From Centroscyllium fabricii (taxonomy: Eukaryota), in the NCBI GenBank assembly GCA_051313645.2, contig JBNRSN020000012.1:58528001-58592000 (forward strand): DNA of 64,000 bases, given 5' to 3'. A model generated the notes under the pieces. That model saw nothing but the letters and a program-made list of their open reading frames with translations. It searched no databases and had not been told where the DNA came from. The translations under genes were made by a program, and so were the position numbers. Within the stretch, counting starts at the first letter, position 1; every line of letters starts with the position of its first letter. Positions 12,066 through 23,853 of the stretch are shown piece by piece.

Positions 12066-13525
12066 TATACTGTTCTTTCTTGATTGAGTGTTTTTATATT
12101 GTGTTAGCGCCTGACAATAGGCATGGTGTAATTCCTCATTTTCTGGTTGTCTGTGTTTTTGGTTTGATATTTTTCTGAGTTTTTTCCTAATGTTATGACA
12201 GTCTGAATCAAACCATTTTTCATGGTTTTGTGTTTTGGATTTATTCTGGGACGATTTCAAGTTGGACATTGATGCCAAATTCTCAAAAATACTATTTAAG
12301 TTATTCACTGCCAGGTTTACGCCTTCGTTATTTTGAGTGTATGTGTTTTCCAGAAAGGTGTCTAAGAGAGGTTGAGTTAATTGACTGCTAATTGCTTTCT
12401 GGTATTTTTCAGTGCTGTTTTGGGCCCATCTGTATGATTTTTTTATGTTGTACAGCTTACTGGGCTGTGTTTCTGTGTTGGTTGTTTCTGTCCTTTGAAG
12501 ATACGTGGTAATTTGGCTGTGATCTGACAGAGGTGTTTGCGGTTTGACTGTGAATGCTCTGAAAGAGGATGGGTCCAGATCTGTAATCATATAGTCTACG
12601 GTGCTGATGCCAAGAGGTGAAGTCTAGGTTGATTTTCCGAGAGAGTCCCCTCTGAACCTACCATTGACAATGTACAGACCCAGGCTTCGACAGAGCTGCA
12701 GGAGTTGCTTTCCATTTGCATTTGTCTGTTTGTCGTAATTATTCCTGTGTGAATGAAAAGGAAGATCAAAAAGGTTATTCCCAAATATGTAACTATTCCC
12801 CCGAGTACTAATAATGTCTGGTTCTTCACCAGTTCTTGAGTTGAGATCACCACAGATCAACACATTTCCCAGGGCCTGGAAATGGTTAATCTCCCTTTCA
12901 ATGTTGGAGAAGGTGTCCTCTTTGAAGTACGGGGATTCTATAGGGGGGGATATAGATTGCGCAAATGAAATATTTCTGCCTGCTCGAAATAATGTCTTTC
13001 TTAATCTTGAGCCATAAATTATTTTCGCCCTTTTTTATAAAGTCATTGTAATTCCTAAGCTCTGCTTTAAACCAAATCAGTATGCCTCCGGAGTCTCTGC
13101 CCTGGGTTACTCCTGGCAGTTTATTGGAGGGAACTACCCGGTGGACCCCTCTCCTCTACACCAGGTTTCTTGCAAAATAATAATGTCCAGATCTTTGATT
13201 TCATCTAAGAACTCTGGGATCCTGCTCTTCAAACCAAACACATTAGAGCGTAGGCCTTGGATATTCCAGGTTGAGATGCACAACAATTTCATGTTAAGAT
13301 TGGTCATTTACTGTAATTTTTCATGTGTGGGATGGGCCAGTCATTGTCCTTCCTGCTCCATAAGGCGGGAGCAGATGATGCTGAGCATCTGCTGTATGTC
13401 TCTCCATGGGTTGTCTCTGCCTGCAGTATTTCTTACCGCCTGAGCATAGCTCCATCGGTCGGGCTGGAATTCCTGCTGCTGGGGTGGGCCTGCCATCCTG
13501 GGAGGTAGTCACCCAGCCGATTGGG

Positions 13526-13814
13526 TGCCCGCCCGCCACCTTTCAACGGCGGGGTTCCCGCCAGGCGGGTTTTGGGTGGGAAGAGGGCTAAAATAGTTGA
13601 GGGCCCTTAAAATAGGATTACCCATCCAATTAAGAGCTCTCAACGAGCTCATTCTGCATCCCTGCCGGCGGCCGGTGGGAAACATTCGGGGCGGGAAAAC
13701 CCGCCCGAGGAAAATCGCAAATGGGCGGGGATCCGGCTTCCCGCCCGCCGGAATTGTGATTTTTAGACCCCGCCCCGCCGGAAACCCGCCCTCACGGCCC
13801 TCCGAAAATCCCCC
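13526..13814. mobile_element. Right half of a GGGGGATTTTC-ended non-autonomous DNA transposon (Harbinger-like)
   Basis: Ends GAAAATCCCCC; shares GAGGGCCCTTAAAAT..CCAATTAAGAGC with 32181-32939. Confidence 0.65.
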
Positions 13815-14430
13815 TCAAGGGCTCAAAAATTGGAGCTTTGTGTCAAAATTTGCATATTATACTAAATTGAGGGTATAGCTAATAATGTGGAGCACTGCAC
13901 AGTCGCTCTCGCTCGTTTGTTCACTGATGTGTGCTTTACTGCCTGTGCTCCCCATGGACCTCCACCTGTTACATTAACTTCATGCTCTCCTGTTCCTTTT
14001 CCCCTTCTTACTCTCTATGCCTTTCCCTCCTCTTCTCCCCTCCCCTCGCTATTTTTGTCTTCTCTTACCTTACCCATTCCCCCTTTGTAGCCTTGGTACT
14101 GCTCTTCCTCCTCCCCTGTTGTCACCAGTCCTGTTCTTCATTCACCCTCCCCCTCTCCCCGTCAGACAGAGTGCACTCTTGCTCACCGTTAAGAGTTCAG
14201 GGGGAGGGGGGTAGCAAGGAAACAGGGACACAGCTGCCGGTGTGCTCCTGGCCACTGGCTTTGGAGCCTACTGGCTGTTATGGGGTCATTGTGGGAGGCT
14301 TGTGCCATCATGTCTTCCAGCTACCCCTGCAGGCTCTTCGGTCCAGCAGGATTCTGATGCAGCCCCACCACAAGGTGCCTTTGCTGAAGTGCGAAATCCG
14401 GACACCTCATTCCCATCTCGTTTACGTCCT

Positions 14431-17400
14431 TATAGAGTCGTAGAGTTTTACAGCACAGAAAGAGGCCCTTCGGCCCATCACGTCTGTGCCGGCCATCGAG
14501 CCCTGTCTACTCTAATCCCATTTTCCTGCATTTGGTCCGTAGCCTTGTATGTTATGGCACTTCAAGTGCTCATCCAAATGCTTCTTGAATGTTGTGAGGG
14601 TTCCTGCCTCCACCACCCTTTCAGGCAGTGAGTTCCAGATTCCAACCACCCTCTGGGTGAAAAAGTTCTTCCTCAAATCGCCTCTAAACCTCCCGCCCCT
14701 TACCTTGAAACTATGTCCCCTTGTTATTGACCCTCTACCAAGGGAAAAAGTTCCTTGCTATATACTCTATCTATGCCCCTCATAATTTTGTACACCTCAA
14801 TCAGGTCCCCCCTCAGCCTTCTCTGCTCCAAAAAAAACAACCCCAGCCTGCTCCAGCCCAGGTAACATCCTGGTGAATCTCCTCTGCACCCTCTCCAAGG
14901 CAATCACATCCTTCCTATAGTGTGGTGACCAGAACTGCACACAGTACTCCAGCTGTGGCCTTACCAGCGTTTTGTATAGCTTTATCATAACCTCCCTGCT
15001 CTTATATTCTATGCCTCGGCGAATGAAGGCAAATATCCCATATGCCTTTTTAACCACCTTATCTACCTGTCCTTTTGCCTTCAAGAATCTATGTACATGA
15101 ACACCAAGGTCCCTCTGATCCTTTGTCTTTCCTAGGGTCTTACCATTCATTGTCATAGTCATAGAGTCATAGAAACTTTACAGTGCGGATAAAGGCCATT
15201 CGGCCCATCCAGTCCGCACCGGCCCAGGAAACTCCTCACTATACTAACCCCATTTGCCCGCACCTGGCCCATAACCCTGTATGTTACGGTCCTTCATGTG
15301 CTGGTCCAAATATTTTTTAAATGTTGCGATGGTTTCTGCCTCCACCACCCTTACAGGCAGGGAGTTCCACACTTCCACCACCCTCTGAGTAAAGAAATTT
15401 CTCCTTACCTCCCCCCTAAACCTCCCCCCCCTAATCTTGAATCTATGTCCCCTAGTACTTGACTCTCCCACCAAGGGAAACAATGCCCCTTTATCCACCC
15501 TATCGTGTCCTCTCATGATCCTGTACACCTCAATCATGTCACCCCTCAATCTTCTCTTCTCCAAGGCAAACAACCCCAGCCTGTCCAGCCTTTCCTCGTA
15601 GCATAAGTCCCCCAGACCAGGTATCATCCTGGTAAACCTTCTCTGCACCCTCTCCAGGGCAACCACATCCTTCCTGAAGTGCGGTGACCAGAACTGCACA
15701 CAGTACTCCAGCTGAGGTCTCACCAGCGTGTTATACAAGTTTAACATTACCTCCCTACTTTTGTATACTATGCCCTGGTTAATAAAGGCCAGAATTCCGT
15801 ATGCCTTCTTGACCACCTTGTTTACGTGTCCAGCAACCTTCAGGGAGCTGTGCACCTGTACCCCAAGGTCCCTCTGTTCCTCGGTCCTACCTAACGTTTT
15901 TTTGTTCATGGTATATTCCCTTACCCCATTTGGTCTGCCGAATTGTATGACCTCGCATTTCTCTGGGTTGAACTCCATTTGCCATTTTTCTGCCCAACTA
16001 ACCATTACATTTATATCTTCCTGGAGCCTTTTACTATCTTCATCGTTATTTACCACCCTTCCAATTTTCGTATCATCAGCAAATTTGCTGATCGTACCCC
16101 CTACTCCCATGTCCAAATCATTGATGTATACTAGAAACAGTAAGGGTCCCAAAACCGATCCTTGGGGGACACCGCTGGTTACTGGTTTCCAGTCACAGAA
16201 GCAGCCCTCTACCATTACCCTTTGTCTCCTATCCCCCAGCCAATTTTGAATCCACTGTGCCAAGTTGCCCTGTATCCCATGTGCTTTAACCTTTGTTATT
16301 AGTCTCCTATGTGGGACTTTATCAAAAGCCTTGCTGAAGTCCATATACACCACGTCAACCGTACTCCCTTCATCCACCCTCTTTGTTACCTCTTCAAAAA
16401 ATTCCAAGAGATTAGTTAGGCACGACTTACCTTTGACGAAGCCATGTTGACTATCCCTTATCAGACCCTGCTTTTCCAAATGCAGACTGATTTTGTCCCT
16501 CAGAATTTTTTCCATTACTTTCCCCACTACAGATGTAAGACTGATTGGCCTATAGTTACCCGGTTTGTCCCTACTACCCTTTTTAAACAGGGGTACTACA
16601 TTAGCCGTTCTCCAGTCCTCGGGTACATCCCCTGACGCGAGAGAGGACCTGAAAATTTGAGACAGGGGGCCCGCAAGCTCTTTCCTGGCCTCGAACAGCA
16701 GCCTGGGGAACATCGCGTCCGGCCCTGGTGATTTGTCTACCTTTAAGCTTCCCAAGATTTCTAGTACTTCTTCCCTTGTAATGGTAATATCCTCAATTAC
16801 CCCCCCTACACTCTGTCCGATTACGATGTCGGTTCCGTCCCTCTCTCTTGTGAATACTGAAGAGAAAAATTCGTTTAGTACCTCCCCCACCGCCTCGGGC
16901 TCGACGCACAGCTTTCCGCTATCGTCCTTAATGGGCCCCACTCTTTCCCTCGTGATCCTTTTGTTTTTTATATAACTGTAAAATGCCTTAGGGTTATCCT
17001 TGATTTTGCCGGCCATTGCAATCTCATGACCCCTCTTGGCTTTTCTTATCTCCTTCTTTAATTCCCCCCTATACTTCTTATACTCCCCTAGCGCCTCCTC
17101 AGTTTTTAGCCGTTTATTGTGTATTCCCTTGCCTTGTTAGTCCTTCCAAAATGCATCACCTCACACATTTCAGGGTTAAATTCCATTTGCCACTGCTCTG
17201 CCTATCTGACCAACCCATCTATATTGGCCTGCAGACTGAGGCTTCCCTCCTCGCTATCTGCAACCACACCAAGTTTTGTGTCATCAGCGAACTTACTGAT
17301 CATACCCTTTACATTCATATCCAAATCATTAATATAGACTACAAACAGCAAGGGACCCAGCACCAATCCCTGCGGTACCCCACTGGACACAGGCTTCCAG

Positions 17401-17797
17401 TCACAAAACCAACCTTCGACCATCACCCTCTGCTTTCTGCCACTAAGCCAGTTTTGGATCCACTGTGCCAAGGTGCCCTGGATCCCATGGGCTCTTACCT
17501 TCTTGACCAGTTTCCTATGCGGGACTTTATCAAAAGCCTTACTGAAATCCAAGTATACCACATCCACTGCACTACCCTCGTCCACATGCCCAGTCACTCC
17601 CTCGAAAAATTCAATCAAGTTGGTCAGACATGATCTTCCCTTGACAAAGCCATGCTGACTATCCTTGATTAATCCTTGCCTCTCCAAGTGAATACTAATT
17701 CTATCCCTCAGAATTTTTTCCAATAATTTCCCTGCCACTGATGTTAGGCTCACTGGCCTGTAATTCCCTGGTTTATCCCTACTACCCTTCTTGAATA
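14431..17797 (-). mobile_element. Older 5'-truncated CR1 (14431-15152 plus 17115-17797), split by a younger CR1
   Basis: ORFs 14797-15162 and 17202-17807 are consecutive parts of a CR1 RT (LDFSKAFD, GVPQG, KFADD, RPQLEY); rejoin at a short ATTG(T) duplication. Confidence 0.9.
15153..17114 (-). mobile_element. Young 5'-truncated CR1 with uninterrupted RT frame
   Basis: 590-aa ORF 15244-17016, open upstream to ~17114 (RLKTEEALGEYKKYRGELKKEIRKAKRGHEIA); own 3' tail at 15153. Confidence 0.93.
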
Positions 17798-18110
17798 ATA
17801 AGAACATAAGAAATAGGAGCAGGAGTAGGCCAATCGGCCCTTCGAGCCCGCCCCGCCATTCAATAAGATCATGGCTGATCTGATCCTAACAACCAACCTA
17901 CTATCACAGAGGCATCTCCTACATCTAACAGAATTCGACACAGGAAATAGGAGCAGGATCAGGCTACACGGTCCCTGGGCCCGCTCCACTACCCACAGGG
18001 CCATGACCGATCTGAACCTAGACTCATGTCCAGGTTCCTGCCTGCTCCCCGTAACCTTTAATCCCTTTTACTACTAGGAAACTGTCTATTTCTGTTTTAA
18101 ATTTATATAA
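17797..18110 (-). mobile_element. CR1 3' end with tandem diverged tails
   Basis: Two AAATAGGAGCAGGA...GATCTGA(T/A)CCTA units. Confidence 0.7.
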
Positions 18111-18568
18111 TGGTACCACGTTAGCTGTCCTCCAGTCTATTCTAGGCACAGGCTGATTGTCTTCAGGTTAGGGAGACCACATTGCACCAGCTCTCTGCTC
18201 CAAGAATGTTCCCCAGGTGCAGTGAAGAGGCAAATCTCCCTTCCTTTGTCTGCGGTTCCTCCACCCCCCCCCCCCCCCCATCTGCATCTTGCCCTTCCTT
18301 TTGCAACAGTTCTCCCAGGTAACTGGCTGCAATTTGCCACTGTTCACTTTTTTTTTTTAAGTGCCCGTAGAGGTTATGCTATATTCGCTGAGTAATTTTT
18401 ACTTTAGCAGATATACCATGAGAAAGGGAGCAACTGTTTTCCTGCCGGCAAAGTGCAGGTCCTTCGGAAGATGAAGGCATTGGTGTTTGTGCTGTACACA
18501 CTTTTAAGTGAAAGCCAGTAAACCAGTGAAACTTATCTATAGCCCCAGGAGCAGCTCAACTTGAAGGT

Positions 18569-18772
18569 GATGTGGAGGTGCCGGTGTTGGACTGGGGTGG
18601 ACAAATGCAAGAAGTCACACAACACCAGGTTATAGTCCAACAGTTTTATTTTAAATCACAAGCTTTCGGAGCTTCTGCCCCTTCGTCAGGTGAAAGAGAG
18701 ACTGACTGAGAAAACTTGTGATTTAAAATAAAACTGTTGGACTATAACCTGGTGTTGTGTGACTTCTTGCAG
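18569..18772. mobile_element. Penelope-like mini element: inverted pLTR pair with hammerhead core
   Basis: ~55-bp inverted repeat (18606-18662 / ~18715-18771); 9-bp TSD CTTGAAGGT; minus strand TCAC-CTGACGA-AGGGGC-AGAA-GCTCC-GAAAGCTT-GTGA. Confidence 0.8.
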
Positions 18773-19329
18773 CTTGAAGGTAGGCAGCCAAGGATGCATG
18801 TAGCACAGGCGAGGACAGGAGGCCGCTGCTTTTCATCCGCTCTCCATTATCGATTGGTTCCTCTGCTATGCAGCTGGATTCTGCTTGCAACTTACTGAAC
18901 TGGTTTTACCTGTGTGAATTCCCTGGGCTTCAGGCTGTGTTCTTGCACTCCTAATTGAGGATTTAGACCAAGACAAAAGAAGTACGCAGCTGCCAGCAAT
19001 GTGGGAGAGGACTGCAAATTTGGATTTTTAGTTGCAGATTCACAAAAATGTCCCACCTGTGGACAACATATGGTGCAACAGACAAATAGAAAATATGCAC
19101 TGTAGAGTATGGAGGAATGCATAACCTCATTGAGGCGTAATATTGTATGTCTATTATCATTTAATTCCCATGTTTAGTTTGATCCTAATATTGCTGGTTA
19201 TATTAGTTGAGAAGTGAACTAGATGTTTAACCTCTCATTATTTGGCCTTTAACATTCATGAAATTAATGACGGATCACACAGCTGGCCATGCATCATGCG
19301 TATACACATAAACAATTTTAACTTTTCAG

Positions 19330-19410
19330 AAATGAGGCCATTGGCTCCAAGAGACCTGAAACTTTGCAACTGTGGCACGATGGTGAGCGACAGCAGGCAT
19401 TGAAGGAACG
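19330..19410 (+). CDS. LRCH3: LRCH3 symmetric exon (NEAIGSKRPETLQLWHDGERQQALKER)
   Basis: ttttcag acceptor, CG|gtgagt donor; 81 nt, phase 2->2, open frame. Confidence 0.8.
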
Positions 19411-19871
19411 GTGAGTTCAAATTTAAAAAGAAATGATTGTTTTAAAAGGAAAGCCCTGTTTAATTATGGATTTGTCAGATATCTTGCATGAACCTACAGA
19501 CAACATGTTGAACCGAATTTATTTGAGTTTTTCTCCTCTCCTGAAGGTAAGCGTGTGGGGTAGATTTTCACTGGTGTCAGCAGCCTCCAGTACTTTGCCC
19601 ATGTGCTTCTGGGTAGTGATTGTTAGCACCCTACCTTATCTGAAGTCCACATGTGTAACACGTCTAACACAGTATCATTTCCCTCAGGATCAATGGATAG
19701 CATTCAGGACTTGAGAACCATGAATTTTGTTCTCTGGCCACGTCACCTCTTTCCTTTTATTCCCTCCTTCTCCCCACACCCCCCACTATAGGCGAAAACC
19801 ACTGTAGCACCTGTACTGCTGCCTCCGCTAACTCAGTACAGATCAGGGTTTGAACTTGGGATTTGCAGGTA

Positions 19872-20216
19872 CAGGTTGAGTAATCCTGGCACTCTCGGGA
19901 CCAGGCCGCTGCCGGACCACTGAAAATTCTAAACCACTGACGGTTCGGGTAGAGCGCGCGGGTAGAACACTCTCTGGGGCGGGGCCTGGAGCGCGCGGGT
20001 AGAACACTCCCCGGGAGGGAGCCCGGGGATAGAGCACTTACAAGCCTGAAAAAAACAGAAACCTAAACGCCTGACGCCTTCGGCGCTCGCCCACCCTTCA
20101 TAGGAAACGGTGGCGCCGCTGCCGAGCGGCTGCTCCAAAGACCGCCGGTTTCGATTCGTGCCGGACAACTGAAATGTTCCGGACCATCGGGTGCCGGATT
20201 ACCGGTGCTCAACCTG
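19872..20216. mobile_element. Short MITE (B-related) with ~37-bp internal repeat
   Basis: TA|CAGGTTGAG-TAATCC (small deletion) ... GGATTACCGGTGCTCAACCTG|TA. Confidence 0.85.
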
Positions 20217-21383
20217 TATATATGCCCACCAATTCATCCTGTCTCCTCTTTCCACCTCCCCCCACACCCAAAAAAACAGCATTTTATTTATGTAAAGTGA
20301 AATCCTTTCATGTGAACAAATAAAATGGTTAGCTAGCATGAAATGAAATTGAGAAACTCTTTTTCCTTATTCTGATTCTGAATTTGGATTTGTTTTGTCC
20401 AAACTGGTGAGAGGAGTGTGGTTGCTTTTCAGACCATTTTTGACACACTGTAGTGTTTCAAATTGATGTTAAATAATTTGGTTACATCAGTTGTTGACAC
20501 GGTTTTTCAGTACCCAAATTAGCCCTGTTAATCAACTAGATGCTTTGAAACAAATCTGACGATTTGCCTAAAGAAAACAGCAATCTGACCGGAGGGGATT
20601 CCTGAATATGTTGAGACTGCTTTCAGGGAATTGGTGAGAAACTTTAAATTAGACACAACACTTGAAAATTTAGGTAAAAATCAAGTGTCCCAAGATTTAT
20701 TCTCATTTCCATATTTTATACTTATTCATTAGTTATCTATTCTCTATCTCCAGTTCTTTTACTTTCTCTGAAACACAAGATTCCAAATAATAGACAGTCT
20801 GAGGAGAGTTCAGCTGTGCAAAGCCTGCCTGAGAATAACAGCATCCTGTTACCATTGGACACACTGCTGGTGGTGCTGCTTCACACCAGATCTCTCCAGG
20901 AGAATTCCAATCAATAGCTGGCAAGACATTTCCTCAACAGGAAGTGGGAAAATGCTACCTTCGAGGGCGATTGGTGTGGAGAATCTGCAATTGGAGACAC
21001 TGGATTATAACTCTTCCATGTCAACTAGATAACCTTTACTTTGCAAAGCAATGTTACAGATATTTGATCACTGTTTATTTGGGAGAAAAGCAGCCGGTCC
21101 ATATTGGCATGGACTAGCACAATCCAGTAATTCCTAAGATTCCCTTTTGTCCTAAAAAGATGTAACAACCTAACTTGTCTATAGCCTATAATTGAATGTG
21201 AGTTTTAAATGTCAATATTGATGTAATCTTAACATATTTTACTCGGTTTATCATATAAATATAAATTTTCCCATTATTGTTGAAGATTCTAAACCTGCTC
21301 ATTTAGCATTTACTTTTTACTGAACACCTCTGATTATAAATACAAGTTGTTGTTGATGATTATATTTATTGTTCTCTTTCCAG

Positions 21384-21438
21384 TGGATCTTCAGATGCTG
21401 GCTTGATCTCTCAAACTCCATCTAATGGCCAATATGTG
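21384..21438 (+). CDS. LRCH3: LRCH3 internal exon (GSSDAGLISQTPSNGQYV)
   Basis: ttctctttccag acceptor, GTG|gtaatt donor; supplies the phase 2->0 link the exon chain needs. Confidence 0.75.
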
Positions 21439-21678
21439 GTAATTATTATGCAGTTGATTGCATTAAAGTGCCTTCTGTTAAATCATCTGTCATCCATCAG
21501 TTATTTGAGCAGTTTTTGTCATATCTGAACAGCTGCATTATTGAAGGGAATTGCAATTGAAATGGTGAAGTTGGTCTGGAAGGACCCAGATGCAATGATT
21601 TACAGCTGTAATGAAGCTAGATTAAAATGTCAAGATAAGAGTTAAATAGAAGAATTGTGCAGCCCAGGTTATCTTAGT

Positions 21679-23010
21679 CAGGGCGTGACAAAACCGCTTG
21701 CCCGGGGCAAGCAATATGCGCCGCAGGGCAAGCAAATGAAAATCGCACTTGCCCGACCGAGCTCGGCCAATCACAGCCCGGCAGTTTTCTCGCGCTCCGG
21801 CGGTTGCTGGGTTTGAAGCGCTGCCCCCTGCCCGTGCTCGGCCAATCATAGCTCGCTCCGGCCGGCTGCCACCGCAACAGCTCAGCATCTCGCAGCAGCT
21901 CGAACCGAGCAGGAAAGCAAGGGCGATAGCAAAATACTGCAGATGCTGGAAATCCGAAATAACAACAGAAAATGCTGGAAAAACTCAACTGGCCAGGCAG
22001 CATTGGTGGGGAGAAATATAGAGTCGATAGAGAAATATAGAAGCTCAGCTTTGTCCCCCCCCCACCCCCAGCCACCACACCCTACTGTTCCTCACCCAAT
22101 TAAAAGCAGAAAACCACAAAGGCTGCAAAAATGAAAGATCTGAGAAAAAGATGAACAGATGGTGAGTGAAGGGACTGGGATGAGGTGACAGCGGGCTTCC
22201 TCTCAGGGACACTGACACCCAGAGACCGAATCCAGGGACACTGACACCCAGAGACCGAATCCAGGGACGCTGGCACCCAGAGACCGAATCCAGGGACACT
22301 GACACCCAGAGACCGAATCCAGGGACACTGACACCCAGAGACCGAATCCAGGGACACTGACACCCAGAGACCGAATCCTGGGATACTGACTCTGAGACCA
22401 AATCCAGGGACACTGACATCCAGAGACCAAATCCTGGCACAGTCCAAGGTGCGAAAAAACCGCTTGCCCGCTCGATGATAGAGGCCACGGGAACGGGTGG
22501 GTGGATCCCGCCCTGGAGGCGGGTGCGGATTGGCCGGTGGGGGCCAAGCGGCGCAGTGGGGATTGGAGGAGGCGGCGTGTCAATCGAGACGGGGCAGCAG
22601 TCGGGTTAGGTGGAACGGGCTGGTGGCACGCGGCAAGAGTGTGTCGGTGCCGTCGACCCGCTGAGGGGGAGAGAAAAAACCGGAGCGGCTGCTGGACAAA
22701 GGTAGGCGGGGAGAGAGAGTGAGGGAGCCAGCGGCCTGCGGAGGCTTCACAGAAAGTTTGGTAAATGAGGGAAGAATGTTCAGAGTAGAGAGAGCGAGAG
22801 ACCCTGGCAGAGAGGGGCAGAAACTGGGCCAATGCAACTAAAGGCACAATCACAATCTATGACTTTATATTGAAGCATTTTAATAAAAACATAAAATCTT
22901 TAATTATTTCTTTAAAAATTTTGGGCAAGTGAAATTTGTGTTCAGGCAAGTGTTTTAGAAATCCACTTGCCCGACTGGGCAAGTGATAAAAATGTTTTTG
23001 TAGCACCCTG
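21679..23010. mobile_element. Non-autonomous hAT-like DNA transposon with 5-bp TSD
   Basis: CAGGGCGTGACAAAA ... TTTTGTAGCACCCTG; TTAGT on both sides; subterminal CTTGCCC/GGGCAAG motifs; contains a Penelope pLTR piece (~21925-22020) and a 29-bp array. Confidence 0.8.
22205..22440. repeat. 29-bp minisatellite, about 8 copies
   Basis: AGGGACACTGACACCCAGAGACCGAATCC in tandem. Confidence 0.95.
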
Positions 23011-23691
23011 TTAGTGTACCATAGATATAGAGAAATTGATATATTTTATGTCCGTTCCATCAATGAAGAGTACTTGAAACCGAGGCAGTTTCTTAAATTG
23101 AATTGTTCAATTCTGTGTCTCTTCCCAATTTCATTTTTGTTTTTCAATTCGTCATAACTAACACACTGCACTGCAGAGTAGTAGAAGTTGGGTTAATGCC
23201 TATGATTTTCCCAATACAGGATAATCAGGTAAACCAGTTCACTTAAATAAAAGAGAATTCAGGCTGTGATACTTGCTCACCTTCCTTCCTTCCTTCCCCC
23301 CCCCCCCAGTTGGTTACAGAGTGGGACTGGCAGACATCAGAGCAGGTTGTGTTGTGGGCATTGCAATCCAGGGAGCCAATGAAGAAGGCCTGCTGAGTTT
23401 CTCCAGCGTTTTCTGTTGTTATTAAGGACAAAGATATCTTCTTTAAATCATTAAGAAGACATCTTTGAAAATAGAATTGCATTGCATGGATCGTCAACCG
23501 TTAAATCTTACGGACATTCAGAATTCATCATTGCTGACCTTTTCCTTTCGTAGATTAGGCATAATGGGTATACTTAAAATACAGTTTTACATTACAGCAA
23601 TTGGAAGCTAATATTGTTGTAAAAGGAATTCTTCATTTGAAGATCAGTGGTTGGTGAAGAGGTTGGATGATTTGAATGCTGTACTTGTCAG

Positions 23692-23853
23692 ACTTCGAAT
23701 GTGGGGTGCTCAGAGCTGGAGTTGCAGAGGCGACGTGAGCAACTACTGGTGGAACGGACCAGAAGAGAGGTGCAAATCGCAGCCCAACAATATGAAGAGG
23801 AGAGAATCCGAACAAAACAAATTCAGAAAGAAGCTGTCCTTGACTTTGTGAGA
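23692..23853 (+). CDS. LRCH3: LRCH3 coiled-coil exon (TSNVGCSELELQRRREQLLVERTRREVQIAAQQYEEERIRTKQIQKEAVLDFVR)
   Basis: cttgtcag acceptor, AGA|gtaagc donor; 162 nt, phase 0->0; resembles recalled LRCH3 RREQLVERTRREAQLAALQYEEEKIRTKQIQ. Confidence 0.93.

Larger units (their letters stand above)
8943..13520 (-). mobile_element. Degraded RTE-X-like LINE (APE + RT, frameshifted), interrupted by two MITEs
   Basis: ORF2 starts ~13292 (MKLLCISTWNIQG..LQETW), ICGDLNSR, LSDH, RT motifs QIGF/FIDFQKAFD/CADD, C-terminal ETLHAEFCK..NNACRAELGQYP and TMYRLSEHNLAIEKGRH. Confidence 0.8.

Noticed and set aside
22205-22440. CRISPR-like arrays (also 1061-1274 and 30630-30980)
   Set aside because: Head-to-tail repeats with no unique spacers, no cas genes, and a vertebrate context
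23651-23851. Listed 66-aa ORF
   Set aside because: Wrong frame; the real LRCH3 exon 23692-23853 is in another frame
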